A stretch of DNA of 47,115 nt from Phycisphaerae bacterium (lineage in GTDB: Bacteria > Planctomycetota > Phycisphaerae > SM23-33 > FEN-1343). Location of the stretch: NCBI GenBank assembly GCA_041687295.1, contig JAWLCG010000002.1, positions 1-47,115 on the forward strand, given 5' to 3'. Both the position numbers and the translations under genes were made by a program. Below are positions 36,939 through 46,483 of the stretch, piece after piece (within the stretch, counting starts at the first letter, position 1; every line of letters starts with the position of its first letter). Under the pieces are notes generated by a model. It saw nothing but the letters and a program-made list of their open reading frames with translations. It was not told the DNA's origin and searched no databases.

Positions 36939-39281
36939 ATGGCAGTAGGGCACCGGCTCGGACTCATGGCGGCGGGGGCGCTCCTGGCGGGGCTGCTGGC
37001 GGGCAGCGCAAGGGCGGCGGAGCCTCCCCTGCCGACGGGGGACTGGAGCGGGCCGGGGACGTGGGCGTTTGAGCCCGGCCAGCGGGTCGAAGGGGGGCGA
37101 CTGGATCTCCGCACCCTCAACGAGCCGGTGGCCGGCGAGCACGGCTTCGTGCGGCTCAGCGACGACAGCAACGGCTTCGTCCGCGGCGATGGCCAGCCCA
37201 TCCGCTTCTGGGGCGTCGCGGGCCACACCAACGCCAAGGTCAGCGACGCCGACCTGGCCCTGCACGCGCGGTTCCTGGCGCGGATGGGCGTGAACATGGT
37301 CCGCATCGGAGGGGCCAACCCCGGCCTGATGCCGCAGGAGCAAGACGCCGCCCTGGATGAGCCCAACGAGGCCTTCATGGACGAGGTCTGGCGGGCGGTG
37401 GCAGCGATGAAGAAGGAGGGCATCTACACCCGCCTGTCGCCCTTCTGGGACCACGGGTCGATCAAGTATATCAACCCCGACTGGGGCCTGGAGGGCTACG
37501 CCAGCGGCGACACACTCAACGGGCTGCTGTTCTTCGAGCCGCACCTCCAGCAGGCCTACAAGGCCTGGATGAAGCGGATGATGACCGAGCCGAACCCCTA
37601 CACGGGCGTGGCCCTGAAGGATGAGCCGGCCCTGGCGATCGTGCAGATCGTCAGCGAGGACAGCCTGATGTTCTGGTGGCTGGACAAGATCAAGGGCGGC
37701 CCGCGGCGGGAACTGGAACGGCAGTTCGCCCGGTTCGCCGCCGACAAGCACGGCTCGATCGCGGCGGCCCTGGAGGCCTGGAACGGATCCGCGGTCGAGG
37801 GCGACGCGGCGGCCGAGGGCAGGCTGGGCCTCTACCCCCTGTACAATCTGACGCAGTGGCCGGGCGTGGGCCATCCGCAGCGGCTGGCGGACCAGGTGGC
37901 CTTCCTGGCCCGGACCGAGCACGACTTCTACGCCGAGATGAAGCGCTACCTGCGGGACGAGCTGGGCGTTCGGCAGGTCGTCGGGCCCAGCAACTTCCAC
38001 TCCGCCGACGCCGTCCGTCTCGACGACCTGCAGCGCTGGGCCTGGACGGCCGGCGACGTGATCGAGCTCAATCAGTTCTACGGCGGGCTTCACCAGGGCA
38101 ACAGCAGCGCCTGGCGGATCTCGGCCGGGCAGTTCTACCAGCCGCGCTCGGCCGTGTTCGACCCGGCCATCCCCGAGGTCCGCAAGCAGGTCGCCGGCAT
38201 GCCCTTCATCCTCTCCAGCACCGTCTGGCTGCTGCCGGACGACTACACGGCCGAGGGCCCGATGATGGGGGCTGCCTACGCCGCCGCGATCGGCATCGAC
38301 GGGCTGCTGTGGTTCGCCGCCAACGCCCCGACCTACGACCTGAGCCCGTACATGAGCTGGGCGACCATCCAGGGCAGCCACCCCATGCCCAAGTGGTCGC
38401 TGTCGCACCCGGGGTTCCTGTCGCAGTTCCCGGCCGCCGCCCTGGTGTACCGGCGGGGGCTGGTGGCCCCGGCCGAGACGGTCGTGCACGAGGTGCGCTC
38501 GATGGAGGGCCTGCTCGCCCGTCGGGCGCCGCTGCTGACCGAGTCGCTGGACTACGTGCCCGGCGACCACGCCGACGAGGCCGCCCCGGCCAAGCGGCCC
38601 CTGATGCAGACCGTCCGGCCGGAGGCGTACCTGGTGGGGCGGGTGGAGGTCGCCTTCGGCGGCGACCCTGCCGAGAGCCGGGCGATGGATGTGTCGCCCT
38701 TCATCGACGAAGCCACCGGCGAGATCCGCACGACCACCGGGCAACTGTCGCTGGATACCCAGCAGGGCCTGTGGCGGATCAACGCGCCGGCCGTGCAGGG
38801 CGTGACGGGCTTCCTGGCCCGGGCGGGCGGACGCTTTGAGCTGGAGGATGTGACGATCACCAGCGGCAACGAGTATGCCAGCATCGTCCTGGTGTCGATG
38901 GACGATCAGCCCCTGAGCCGCTCGCGCAGAGTACTGGTGCAGGTCGGCACGCAGGCCCGGCCGACGGGCTGGCAGACGAAGCCCGCCACGCGGACGGACA
39001 AGGCCGGCCAGAAGCTCGGCGGGCTGGAGATCGTCTCGACCGGCTCGATGCCCTGGCGGGTCCGCGACACCGACGCGACGGTCACGCTGGCCAACCCCGC
39101 CCTGCGTCGCGCGGTGCGACTGGACGCGATGGGCTTCACGGCCGAGGAGGTGCCCGTGGAGGCCTCCGACGGCGCCGTCACCGTCACGCTGCCACCCGAT
39201 ACGATGTACCTGGTGCTGCATGCCGAGGGCTCTTCGGGCCCAGCCGGCGAGGAACCGTCATCCGAGGAAGGAGCACCGTAA
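36939..39281 (+). CDS. Secreted clan GH-A (GH5-like) glycoside hydrolase; paralog of 42565..45273
   Basis: Signal peptide, GQPIRFWGV, ARMGVNMVRI, MKKEGIY and NPYTGVALKDEPALAIVQIVSED. Confidence 0.65.
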   Translation: MAVGHRLGLMAAGALLAGLLAGSARAAEPPLPTGDWSGPGTWAFEPGQRVEGGRLDLRTLNEPVAGEHGFVRLSDDSNGFVRGDGQPIRFWGVAGHTNAKVSDADLALHARFLARMGVNMVRIGGANPGLMPQEQDAALDEPNEAFMDEVWRAVAAMKKEGIYTRLSPFWDHGSIKYINPDWGLEGYASGDTLNGLLFFEPHLQQAYKAWMKRMMTEPNPYTGVALKDEPALAIVQIVSEDSLMFWWLDKIKGGPRRELERQFARFAADKHGSIAAALEAWNGSAVEGDAAAEGRLGLYPLYNLTQWPGVGHPQRLADQVAFLARTEHDFYAEMKRYLRDELGVRQVVGPSNFHSADAVRLDDLQRWAWTAGDVIELNQFYGGLHQGNSSAWRISAGQFYQPRSAVFDPAIPEVRKQVAGMPFILSSTVWLLPDDYTAEGPMMGAAYAAAIGIDGLLWFAANAPTYDLSPYMSWATIQGSHPMPKWSLSHPGFLSQFPAAALVYRRGLVAPAETVVHEVRSMEGLLARRAPLLTESLDYVPGDHADEAAPAKRPLMQTVRPEAYLVGRVEVAFGGDPAESRAMDVSPFIDEATGEIRTTTGQLSLDTQQGLWRINAPAVQGVTGFLARAGGRFELEDVTITSGNEYASIVLVSMDDQPLSRSRRVLVQVGTQARPTGWQTKPATRTDKAGQKLGGLEIVSTGSMPWRVRDTDATVTLANPALRRAVRLDAMGFTAEEVPVEASDGAVTVTLPPDTMYLVLHAEGSSGPAGEEPSSEEGAP

Positions 39282-41713
39282 TGATTCAGCTATCCGTCCG
39301 GCAGTGCCAGCCGCTCGAGGAGGTCCGTGTCCGCTGCGATGCCGGTCGGCTGATCCGGGTCTGGGACGGAGCGGGCCGGCTCTATGAGGCCGGGAAGGGC
39401 CCTTCATTCGCCTTCCGGGCCTCGGGGGCTCTGGGCGCGCACGTGGTGTCCGTACACGACGAGGCAGGCGTGGAGTTGGAGCGGGCTACCTTCGCCGTCG
39501 ACTGCCGCACCGCCATCGACGATGAGGGCGGGCGCTTCCGACGGCTGCTGTACATGGTCGAGCACACGCTGGCTTCGCAGACCAGCGCGAAGCATGTCGT
39601 GGGCGACGGCGAGCGCGTCTACCGCCTGCACAGCATCACCAGCCGCGATACCATCCACGCCCTCAAGGGGGCCGTTTACTTCGCGGCCCAGGCCCGCGAT
39701 GTGATCGACCTGCACGCCGCCCAGCAACGCGAGGATGGCATGGTGTGGGACTTCTCCATGCCCGTGCCGCGCGATGTGCCGTACCACTTCGAGTGGCGCT
39801 GGGGCGAGCAGTTCAGCAAGCGGATCAACCGCGACCAGGTCATCTTCGCCCGCCAGCCGGTGATGAACGACCTGGAGCACATGTACATCGGCGGGGTGTA
39901 CCTCAGCTGGCAGGCCACCGGTGATGACGACTGGATGGCCGGCAAGCTCGACAGCGCGCTGGCGGCCATGCGCTTTGCCCGGACCAGCCCGTACACCTGG
40001 AGCGAGAAGTACCAGCTCATCCGCCGGCCGTACTGCATCGACCTGTGGGACTACCAGAGCGACTACGACGCCGCCCGCGTGGACGGCGACATCATGGACG
40101 CCAAGCCCGGCGTGACGGTCTACGGCATCTTCCACGGCGACAACACCGGCATGGCCGACGCCTGTCGCAAGCTCTCGATTCTTCTCGACCGCGTCAGCCG
40201 CCACGAGGAGGCGGCCGAGGCCCGCGAGTTCTCCGAGCACCTGCTCCGGCAGCTCGAGACTGTGGCGTGGAACGGCGAGTTCTACACCCACCACGTGAGT
40301 GAGGACCCGAGCTTCCGGCGCGACTTCGGCGTGGACGAGGCCCAGCAGGTTTCGCTGAGCAACGCCTACGCCGTCAACCGCGGCATCGGCCATGAGAAGG
40401 TGGCGGCCATCGTCCGCACGTACCAGCGGCTCCGCGAGGAGATGCCCGCCACCAGCCCGGCCGAGTGGTTCGGCATCTACCCGCCGTTCCCCAAGGGCTG
40501 GCACGTGCCGGAGTGGACCTACACCAACGGTGCGGTAACCACGATGACGGCCGGCGAGCTGGCCCACGGGGCCTTCGAGCACGGCTTCGAGGCCTACGGG
40601 GCCGACGTTCTGGCCCGCTGCCTGGAACTGTACTGGCCGATCGGCGACACCTTCGTGCCGGGCCTGCGCGGCAAGATGCCCGAGCCGCCCGAGCGGAGCT
40701 TCACGCCGCTGGACCTGCGGCCCGTCGCCAACGCCGACCTGGTGTGCACGCCAGAGCACGACGGCTGGACGGGCGATCCCGGCAACGACCTGCGGGAGCT
40801 GCCGGTCGGGGCCCGGGAGTTCGAGGGGGTGCCCTTCGACGTCATCGAGCCGCCGACCAACGACGGGCGGGCGTGCATTCGCCTGGCCCGCGGCCGGGAG
40901 GGCTGGGCCGAGCAGGCCCGCATCCCGGTCGAAGGGCGCTTCGAGACGCTCTACCTGCTGCACGCCGCCGGCGGCAAGGGCGACGTGGTTGGCGAATTGC
41001 GGCTGGTGTACGAGGACGGCTCGGCCCACGAGCAGTACATCCTCAACAACCGGCACGTGGCGGGCTTCTGGAATCCCCAGGCGCCGGATCAGACGAGGCA
41101 GGCCACCCGCGACACCGCCGTGGGCTGGTGCGGCGGCAATGAGCGGTTCTGGCGCGTGGGCCTGATCGCCCACGGTCTGGCGAATCCGCACCCGGACCGG
41201 AAGGTGTCGCATGTGGAGCTGCGGGCCAGCCGCGAGAAGGCCGCGTGGCTGGTGGTGGCCCTGACGACCAGCGACGCCGCGCCGTTCTTCATGCCCGAGC
41301 CGACCGACGGGGGCGTCCCACCGGCCTGGGGCGCGGGGGCCGTCATGTACGCCTTGGCCGAGGGACTGGCCGGCATCCACGACGCTGACCGGAACATGCA
41401 GGCCATCCGCCTGACGCCGCGTTGGTCGGCCGCCGGGGTTGAGCAGGTGACCGTCGCCCTGCGCTACGTGGAGGGCGGCGGGTACGTCCGCTACACGTTC
41501 GCCCAGTTGCCTGGCGAACTCAGGCTGGACCTGGCCGCCAGCGGCGACCAGCGGCGGATCGAACTGCTGCTGCCCGAGGGGGCAGAGCCCGCGCGGGTCC
41601 GTCGGGACGGGGTGGAGGTGCCATTCGAGCTGGGCACGATCGAAACCTCCCGCTACGTATGCCTGAACGTCGACGGCTTGGCGGCGACCGCTCTGCAGGT
41701 GGAGTTGGCCTGA
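39281..41713 (+). CDS. Six-hairpin (alpha/alpha)6 glycosidase-like protein with an inserted beta-sandwich domain
   Basis: RQPVMNDLE, WQATGDDDW, IDLWDYQ, WNGEFYTHH and YTNGAV. Insert contains DLRELPVG..FEGVPFDVI and TLYLLHA. TAATG coupling with the upstream gene. Confidence 0.6.
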   Translation: MIQLSVRQCQPLEEVRVRCDAGRLIRVWDGAGRLYEAGKGPSFAFRASGALGAHVVSVHDEAGVELERATFAVDCRTAIDDEGGRFRRLLYMVEHTLASQTSAKHVVGDGERVYRLHSITSRDTIHALKGAVYFAAQARDVIDLHAAQQREDGMVWDFSMPVPRDVPYHFEWRWGEQFSKRINRDQVIFARQPVMNDLEHMYIGGVYLSWQATGDDDWMAGKLDSALAAMRFARTSPYTWSEKYQLIRRPYCIDLWDYQSDYDAARVDGDIMDAKPGVTVYGIFHGDNTGMADACRKLSILLDRVSRHEEAAEAREFSEHLLRQLETVAWNGEFYTHHVSEDPSFRRDFGVDEAQQVSLSNAYAVNRGIGHEKVAAIVRTYQRLREEMPATSPAEWFGIYPPFPKGWHVPEWTYTNGAVTTMTAGELAHGAFEHGFEAYGADVLARCLELYWPIGDTFVPGLRGKMPEPPERSFTPLDLRPVANADLVCTPEHDGWTGDPGNDLRELPVGAREFEGVPFDVIEPPTNDGRACIRLARGREGWAEQARIPVEGRFETLYLLHAAGGKGDVVGELRLVYEDGSAHEQYILNNRHVAGFWNPQAPDQTRQATRDTAVGWCGGNERFWRVGLIAHGLANPHPDRKVSHVELRASREKAAWLVVALTTSDAAPFFMPEPTDGGVPPAWGAGAVMYALAEGLAGIHDADRNMQAIRLTPRWSAAGVEQVTVALRYVEGGGYVRYTFAQLPGELRLDLAASGDQRRIELLLPEGAEPARVRRDGVEVPFELGTIETSRYVCLNVDGLAATALQVELA

Positions 41714-41864
41714 TTGAGTCGCCACGGGAAACCACGTGAGCATAGTGAACCGTCCCCCCGACGAGTCCGGCCCGCGCTGCCCGAGCCGGCGATGAACTGC
41801 GATCACCACTACAGATGGTATCCATCCGTCGACCGAGACAGGTCCTGCGGTTAGGGATACATGA

Positions 41865-42467
41865 CATGTCACTTGCAGATGCACCCGATTGCGTCGGATC
41901 GCCGAGCGCCTGGGGCTCGCGGGCCCCCGGGATGAACGGTTCGCGTACGTTGACAACCGCATCCAGGAGCACTTCGGCTGCGACCTGCGGCAGATCCGCC
42001 CGCGCGGCCGGCGGCGGTGGGGGTTCCAGCGGATTGAGGACGCCCCGATGCGCGACCTGGCCATAGACGACATCGACCGCTGGCCCTGGCCGACGCCCAC
42101 CGACGACATGGTCGAGGGCCTGCGCGAGGAGGCAAGGTTCCTCCACGAGCAGACGCCCTACGCCGTCTGCGCCGCCCAGATCGGCCAGGGCCTCTTCGAG
42201 ATCGGCTGCTACCTTCTGCAGCACGTCCTGCCCTACGGGTCAGCCGAGGAGGTCCGGGCCCTGGTGGCCGACCTGGTGACCCACCTGGCGCCCGGCGGCG
42301 GCTACGTCCTCGCGCCCTGCCATACGCTGCCCGACGACGTGAAGCCCGAGAACCTCATCGTGTTCCTGGGCGAGGCCCGCCGGGTCGGCAGTCGGGATGC
42401 GGCCAACCTTTTGCGGAATTCTGTCTTCGGACCAGATGCCGGTTGCAATGGAGGCATCGGCGAGTAG
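41865..42467 (+). pseudogene. Internally deleted URO-D/MtaA-like gene
   Basis: GLFEIGCYLL joins directly to QHVLPYGSAEEVR..LAPGGGYVLAPCHTLPDDVKPEN, so the central part is missing. The 5' end is frameshifted. Confidence 0.75.
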
Positions 42468-42564
42468 GCTTGGCGACAGGTCGGCAGCCGGGCGGCCCAG
42501 GTGGCCGGGCCGGCGGAGTCTTTGCGCACATTCACGACAGCCCCTTGGGCGGAAGAGGTGAGTC

Positions 42565-45273
42565 ATGGCGAGAAGCAACTCTGGCGCATGTCTGCGTCGG
42601 CCGCTGGTGGCGGCCCTGCTGGTCGGTCTGACGCTGGCCCTGCCAGCGGCGGCCGAGACGGCCGGCGACGGCTGGGTCTGGTGGGAGGCGGAGGACTCCG
42701 CTGAGCACAACTTCGACGTCGACCACCCCTTCGCGCCCCGGCACGAGGTGCTCTCGGGCGGTGAGTGGATCGGCATCGGGCGCGACCGCGGCGAGACGAT
42801 CTTCGCCGAGTACACTGTCAATGTACCCGCGGACGGCACCTACAAGTTCTACGCCCGCAAGTTCTGGAAGCACGGGCCGTTCCGCTACCGCTTCAACGAG
42901 GGACCCTGGCACCAGGTCGGGCGCGACGTGACGCTGATGGACGAGGTCTTCATCCGTACGCACCTCGGCGCCAACTGGGTGCACGCCGGCGACCACGAAC
43001 TGTCGGCCGGGCCGACCAAGGTGCGGATCGAGCTGACTGAACAGAGCGGGGCGGCTGCGTTCGACGCCTTCCTGCTGTCGGCCGAGCCATTCACGCCCCG
43101 CGGCAAGCTCAAGCCCGGCGCCAGGTATGGCCGGGCGCCTGAGGGCTGGTTCGCCTTCGAGCCCGACCGCGACCCGTTCAACGACTCGCCGATCGACCTG
43201 CGGGGCCTCAACGAGCCGACGGCCGGCAGCGGGGGCTTCATCGCCGTCGCGGGCGACGGCTTCGTCCACGGCGACACGGGCCGGCCTGTGCGATTCTGGG
43301 CCGTCAACGTCAATGCCTCGACCGTCCAGATGGACCGGGCCGAGATCGACCACCTCGCCCGCACCTACGCCAAGCACGGTGTCAACCTGGTGCGCTACCA
43401 CAGCCCGCTGTTCACCGACGCCTCGAGCCCGCAGGCCGACCCCCAGCGGATCGACGACCTGTTCTACATGATCGAGGCCTTCAAGAAGCAGGGCATCTAC
43501 ACCCACCTGTCGATCTACTTCCCGCTGTGGAACCGCATGAACGACCAGGGCGGTGCCTACCTTGGCGAGTACGGCTATGAGCAGGGGCAGGTACCCTTCG
43601 CCCTGCACCAGATCAACCCGAAGTTCCAGCAGATCCTCCGCTCCTGGTGGCGCGACCTGCTGACGACGAAGAGCCCCTACTCGGGGACGCCGCTGGCCGA
43701 CGACCCGGCCGTCATGGGCGTCGAGCTGGTCAACGAGGACAACTACTTCTTCTTCACCTTCGACCCGCCCAAGATGCCGCCCTCGCAGGTGGCGATCCTG
43801 GAGAAGCGCTTCGGCGACTGGGCGGCCGAGCGACACGGCTCGATCGAGGCGGCGCTGGAGGCCTGGGACGAGCCGCGTGACGAGGACGCCCCCGAGCAGG
43901 GCCGGCTGGGCCTGCCCAGCGCCTGGGCCATGGGCAACCTCCGCACCGCCCGCAACCAGGACGCCGCCCGTTTCCTGGCCGAGGACGAGCGGGCCTTCTT
44001 CGATGGCATGCAGCAGTTCCTGCGCGAGCAGTTGGGCTACCAGGGCTTGGTGACGGCGACCAACTGGAAAACGGCCGCCAACACCTTCCTCGAGCCGGTC
44101 GAGAAGTGGGCCAACCTCGGCGCCGACTTCATGGACCACCACGGCTACTTCGGCAAGCCCTTCCAGGAGAAGAACAACGCCTTCGGCTACGGGCCCGACG
44201 ACCTGTACATGGACCGCAGCGCCACCCGCTTCGACCCCGACGACGGCGCCGTCAAGGCCGGGCGCGAGCACAGCTACAGCATTCCGGCCAACATCCTGGT
44301 CTGGAACGACAAGCCGCACATGCTCAGCGAAGCCGCCTGGACGCTGCCCAACCGCTTCCGCGCAGAGCAGCCGCTGCTGATGGCCGCCTACGGCTCGTTG
44401 CAGGGGCTCGACGCGTTGGTCTGGTTCGCCACGGGGGGCTCGACCTGGAAGCCCCAGATCACCAGCATGTGGCCCATCCACGTGCCGTCGCAGATCGGCC
44501 AGTGGCCCGCGGCCGCCCTCATCTTCCGCCAGGGGCTCGTCGAGCAGGCCCAGCCCGTCGTCCGCGTTACGCTGGCCCGCGACGACGTATTCGCCCTGAA
44601 GGGCATGCCCGTCGCCCAGCCGGAGAGCCTCGACTTCCTCCAGCAGGCTGTCGCGGACGAGGCCCGCGGCACGGCGGAGGTCGAGGACCTCAGCCACATC
44701 GACGCGCTGGCGTTCTTCGTCGGGCCCGTCCACGTCGACATCGCCGAGCAGGACGCCCCCGCGCGGCTGGCCGACCTGGCCCGCCACATCGACCGCGACG
44801 CCCGCACCGTCACCAGCGCCACGGGGCAGCTGCAGTGGAACTGGGGCGACGGGCTGGTCACCGTTGACGCGCCGGCAGCCCAGGCGGTGACGGGGTTCTT
44901 GGCGGAAAACGGCCCGGTCGAGCTGTCGCAGCTTCGGCTGGAGAGCGACATGGAGTACGCCGCCGTCATGCTGGTGCCGCTGGACGGCCAGCCCATCGAC
45001 CAGTCGGCCCGGCTGCTGCTACAGGTGTTCAGCGAGGAGTCCAACTTCGGCTGGCAGACCGGGCCGGAGGGCGACTGGAAGCGCATTGAGTCGGTCGGCG
45101 AGCCGCCGGTCGTCGTGCGGCAGATGAGCGGCACGGTGAGCCTCAAGCGGCCTGACGCGGCCTCGATGACGGTGACGGCCCTGGACGCCAACGGCTACCC
45201 CGCCGGCGACGCCGGCTCGGCCGACGCCATCACGCTGCAGCCCGACACGCTGTACTACCTCATCGAGCGGTAG
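42565..45273 (+). CDS. Secreted clan GH-A (GH5-like) glycoside hydrolase with an N-terminal CBM-like domain
   Basis: Signal peptide and WWEAED CBM-like start, then PVRFWAVN, GVNLVRYH, VELVNED, DHHGY and MLSEAAW. Confidence 0.7.
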   Translation: MARSNSGACLRRPLVAALLVGLTLALPAAAETAGDGWVWWEAEDSAEHNFDVDHPFAPRHEVLSGGEWIGIGRDRGETIFAEYTVNVPADGTYKFYARKFWKHGPFRYRFNEGPWHQVGRDVTLMDEVFIRTHLGANWVHAGDHELSAGPTKVRIELTEQSGAAAFDAFLLSAEPFTPRGKLKPGARYGRAPEGWFAFEPDRDPFNDSPIDLRGLNEPTAGSGGFIAVAGDGFVHGDTGRPVRFWAVNVNASTVQMDRAEIDHLARTYAKHGVNLVRYHSPLFTDASSPQADPQRIDDLFYMIEAFKKQGIYTHLSIYFPLWNRMNDQGGAYLGEYGYEQGQVPFALHQINPKFQQILRSWWRDLLTTKSPYSGTPLADDPAVMGVELVNEDNYFFFTFDPPKMPPSQVAILEKRFGDWAAERHGSIEAALEAWDEPRDEDAPEQGRLGLPSAWAMGNLRTARNQDAARFLAEDERAFFDGMQQFLREQLGYQGLVTATNWKTAANTFLEPVEKWANLGADFMDHHGYFGKPFQEKNNAFGYGPDDLYMDRSATRFDPDDGAVKAGREHSYSIPANILVWNDKPHMLSEAAWTLPNRFRAEQPLLMAAYGSLQGLDALVWFATGGSTWKPQITSMWPIHVPSQIGQWPAAALIFRQGLVEQAQPVVRVTLARDDVFALKGMPVAQPESLDFLQQAVADEARGTAEVEDLSHIDALAFFVGPVHVDIAEQDAPARLADLARHIDRDARTVTSATGQLQWNWGDGLVTVDAPAAQAVTGFLAENGPVELSQLRLESDMEYAAVMLVPLDGQPIDQSARLLLQVFSEESNFGWQTGPEGDWKRIESVGEPPVVVRQMSGTVSLKRPDAASMTVTALDANGYPAGDAGSADAITLQPDTLYYLIER

Positions 45274-45281
45274 CGGAGGCG

Positions 45282-45370
45282 ATGCCCCCGACGGGTACGC
45301 CCCAGCGTCCTGCTGATCCACTGCGACCAGCTCCGCTACGACGGGCTGGGCTGCAACGGCAAGCCGCTCC
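45282..45370 (+). pseudogene. Sulfatase 5' remnant (frameshifted)
   Basis: GGAGG RBS and ATG 45282. The +1 frame reads RPSVLLIHCDQLRYDGLGCNGKPL. Confidence 0.72.
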
Positions 45371-45597
45371 AGTTGCGGCGTTTCATCGACTATGCCGAAC
45401 AGCAGGTTCTGGTAGCGTCTCAGGTCGCAGAGCCGCAGAAACGTATGGCCGTGCAGGAGCCCGGGGCAAACGAGAAAGCCCTTCTCTTGTGCACGGCGCA
45501 GACCGGCCAGGGCCTCGGCCCAGACCGCCGCCTGTCGGCATCGGTCTGCTCGGGGTCGGGCGGCGTGTATGTCTCGAACTTTGACCAGCCGGACAGC
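45361..45597 (-). pseudogene. URO-D/MtaA-like internal fragment
   Basis: GWSKFETYTPPDPEQTD, then after a frameshift HGHTFLRLCDLRRYQNLLFGIVDETPQLERL. Confidence 0.6.
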
Positions 45598-46133
45598 CCG
45601 TTGGCCTCGCACCACTCGTACAGGGGCTTCATGAAGTTCCGGTTGAAGAGCCGATCGACCGTCCTCCAGAAGTCGAACCGTACCTCAGTGAACGCGCCCT
45701 GGCTGAAGCACAGTTCGGCGATGCGCGACTCTAGTCGGTAGCCGTGGTCGAGGTGGAACTCCCGCAGGAAATCCCGCGAACAGGGGAGCAGTTCCTTCGC
45801 GTTGTGCAGGTGCGGCTCGTCGCAGAACACGTAGCGAACGTCCGAGCCGAACGAATCGCCCACCCACCGGCGGTACTGCTCGTGCGTCGTCCGGATGAAC
45901 GCGTCCACGGTCGGCCTCTGCAGCAGGTCGGGCGGGGGCAACTGCTCGCCTCCGCCGCACGGAGCCAGGACGACGGCGTGGGTGGCTGTTTCGGGGTCCG
46001 CCTTTGAAACCGTCCCGGCCAAGAGCTTCACATGTGCCAGGACGTCGCCGGGCATCTTGCCCCCGACCGGCAGCAGGCGCAGCCCGGCCACAAGAGCCGA
46101 ACCCTGTACCAGAAACTCCCGTCGAGTGATCAC
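45598..46133 (-). pseudogene. Tat-signal fragment fused to a GH106 (alpha-L-rhamnosidase-like) internal fragment
   Basis: MITRREFL Tat motif, then PDLLQRPTVDAFIRTTHEQY..VFCDEP..VRFDFWRTVDRLF..FMKPLYEWCEANGL. Far shorter than a full enzyme. Confidence 0.65.
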
Positions 46134-46242
46134 AATACTCGCCCTCCCTGGGCCGTCTGTACGGCCAGTGCCCCTTTCGACAAACGGTCATGTTCCGGCC
46201 AGCAATGTACCCCTGCGGCCGAGGCGAGTCCAGAGGGCGACA

Positions 46243-46379
46243 GTCCAGCACCGGCACGTGCTGCCAGTCGGACAGCCTTTGCAGGTCCAGCGGCTGCAGG
46301 TACAATCGGAACCGCGCCTGACGGTTGGGCCTGGATGGACGGGATTGCTGTCCTGGATCGTGGAGTCGGGCATGGTGTA
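46243..46379. repeat. Dispersed diverged repeat, copy B (regulator 5' remnant and/or promoter)
   Basis: Aligns to 29962-30114 with a 16-nt shorter middle. Minus strand reads MPDSTIQDS, then after a frameshift NRQARFRLYLQ. Confidence 0.8.
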
Positions 46380-46483
46380 TCAGGTCAGTTGTCGGCGCGG
46401 CCGCGATTCTGGTCTGATGACAACGTACCCATTCCTGATCTGTTACCACTCTTCCAGCGGCACGCGTTCTGGAGGTACTGCGC

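Noticed and set aside
6648-44787. Long antisense ORFs (e.g. 6648..9065, 17404..19944, 23882..26365, 36669..39221, 39404..42109, 42532..44787)
   Set aside because: They mirror well-supported genes on the other strand, carry no motifs and are expected shadows in high-GC DNA.
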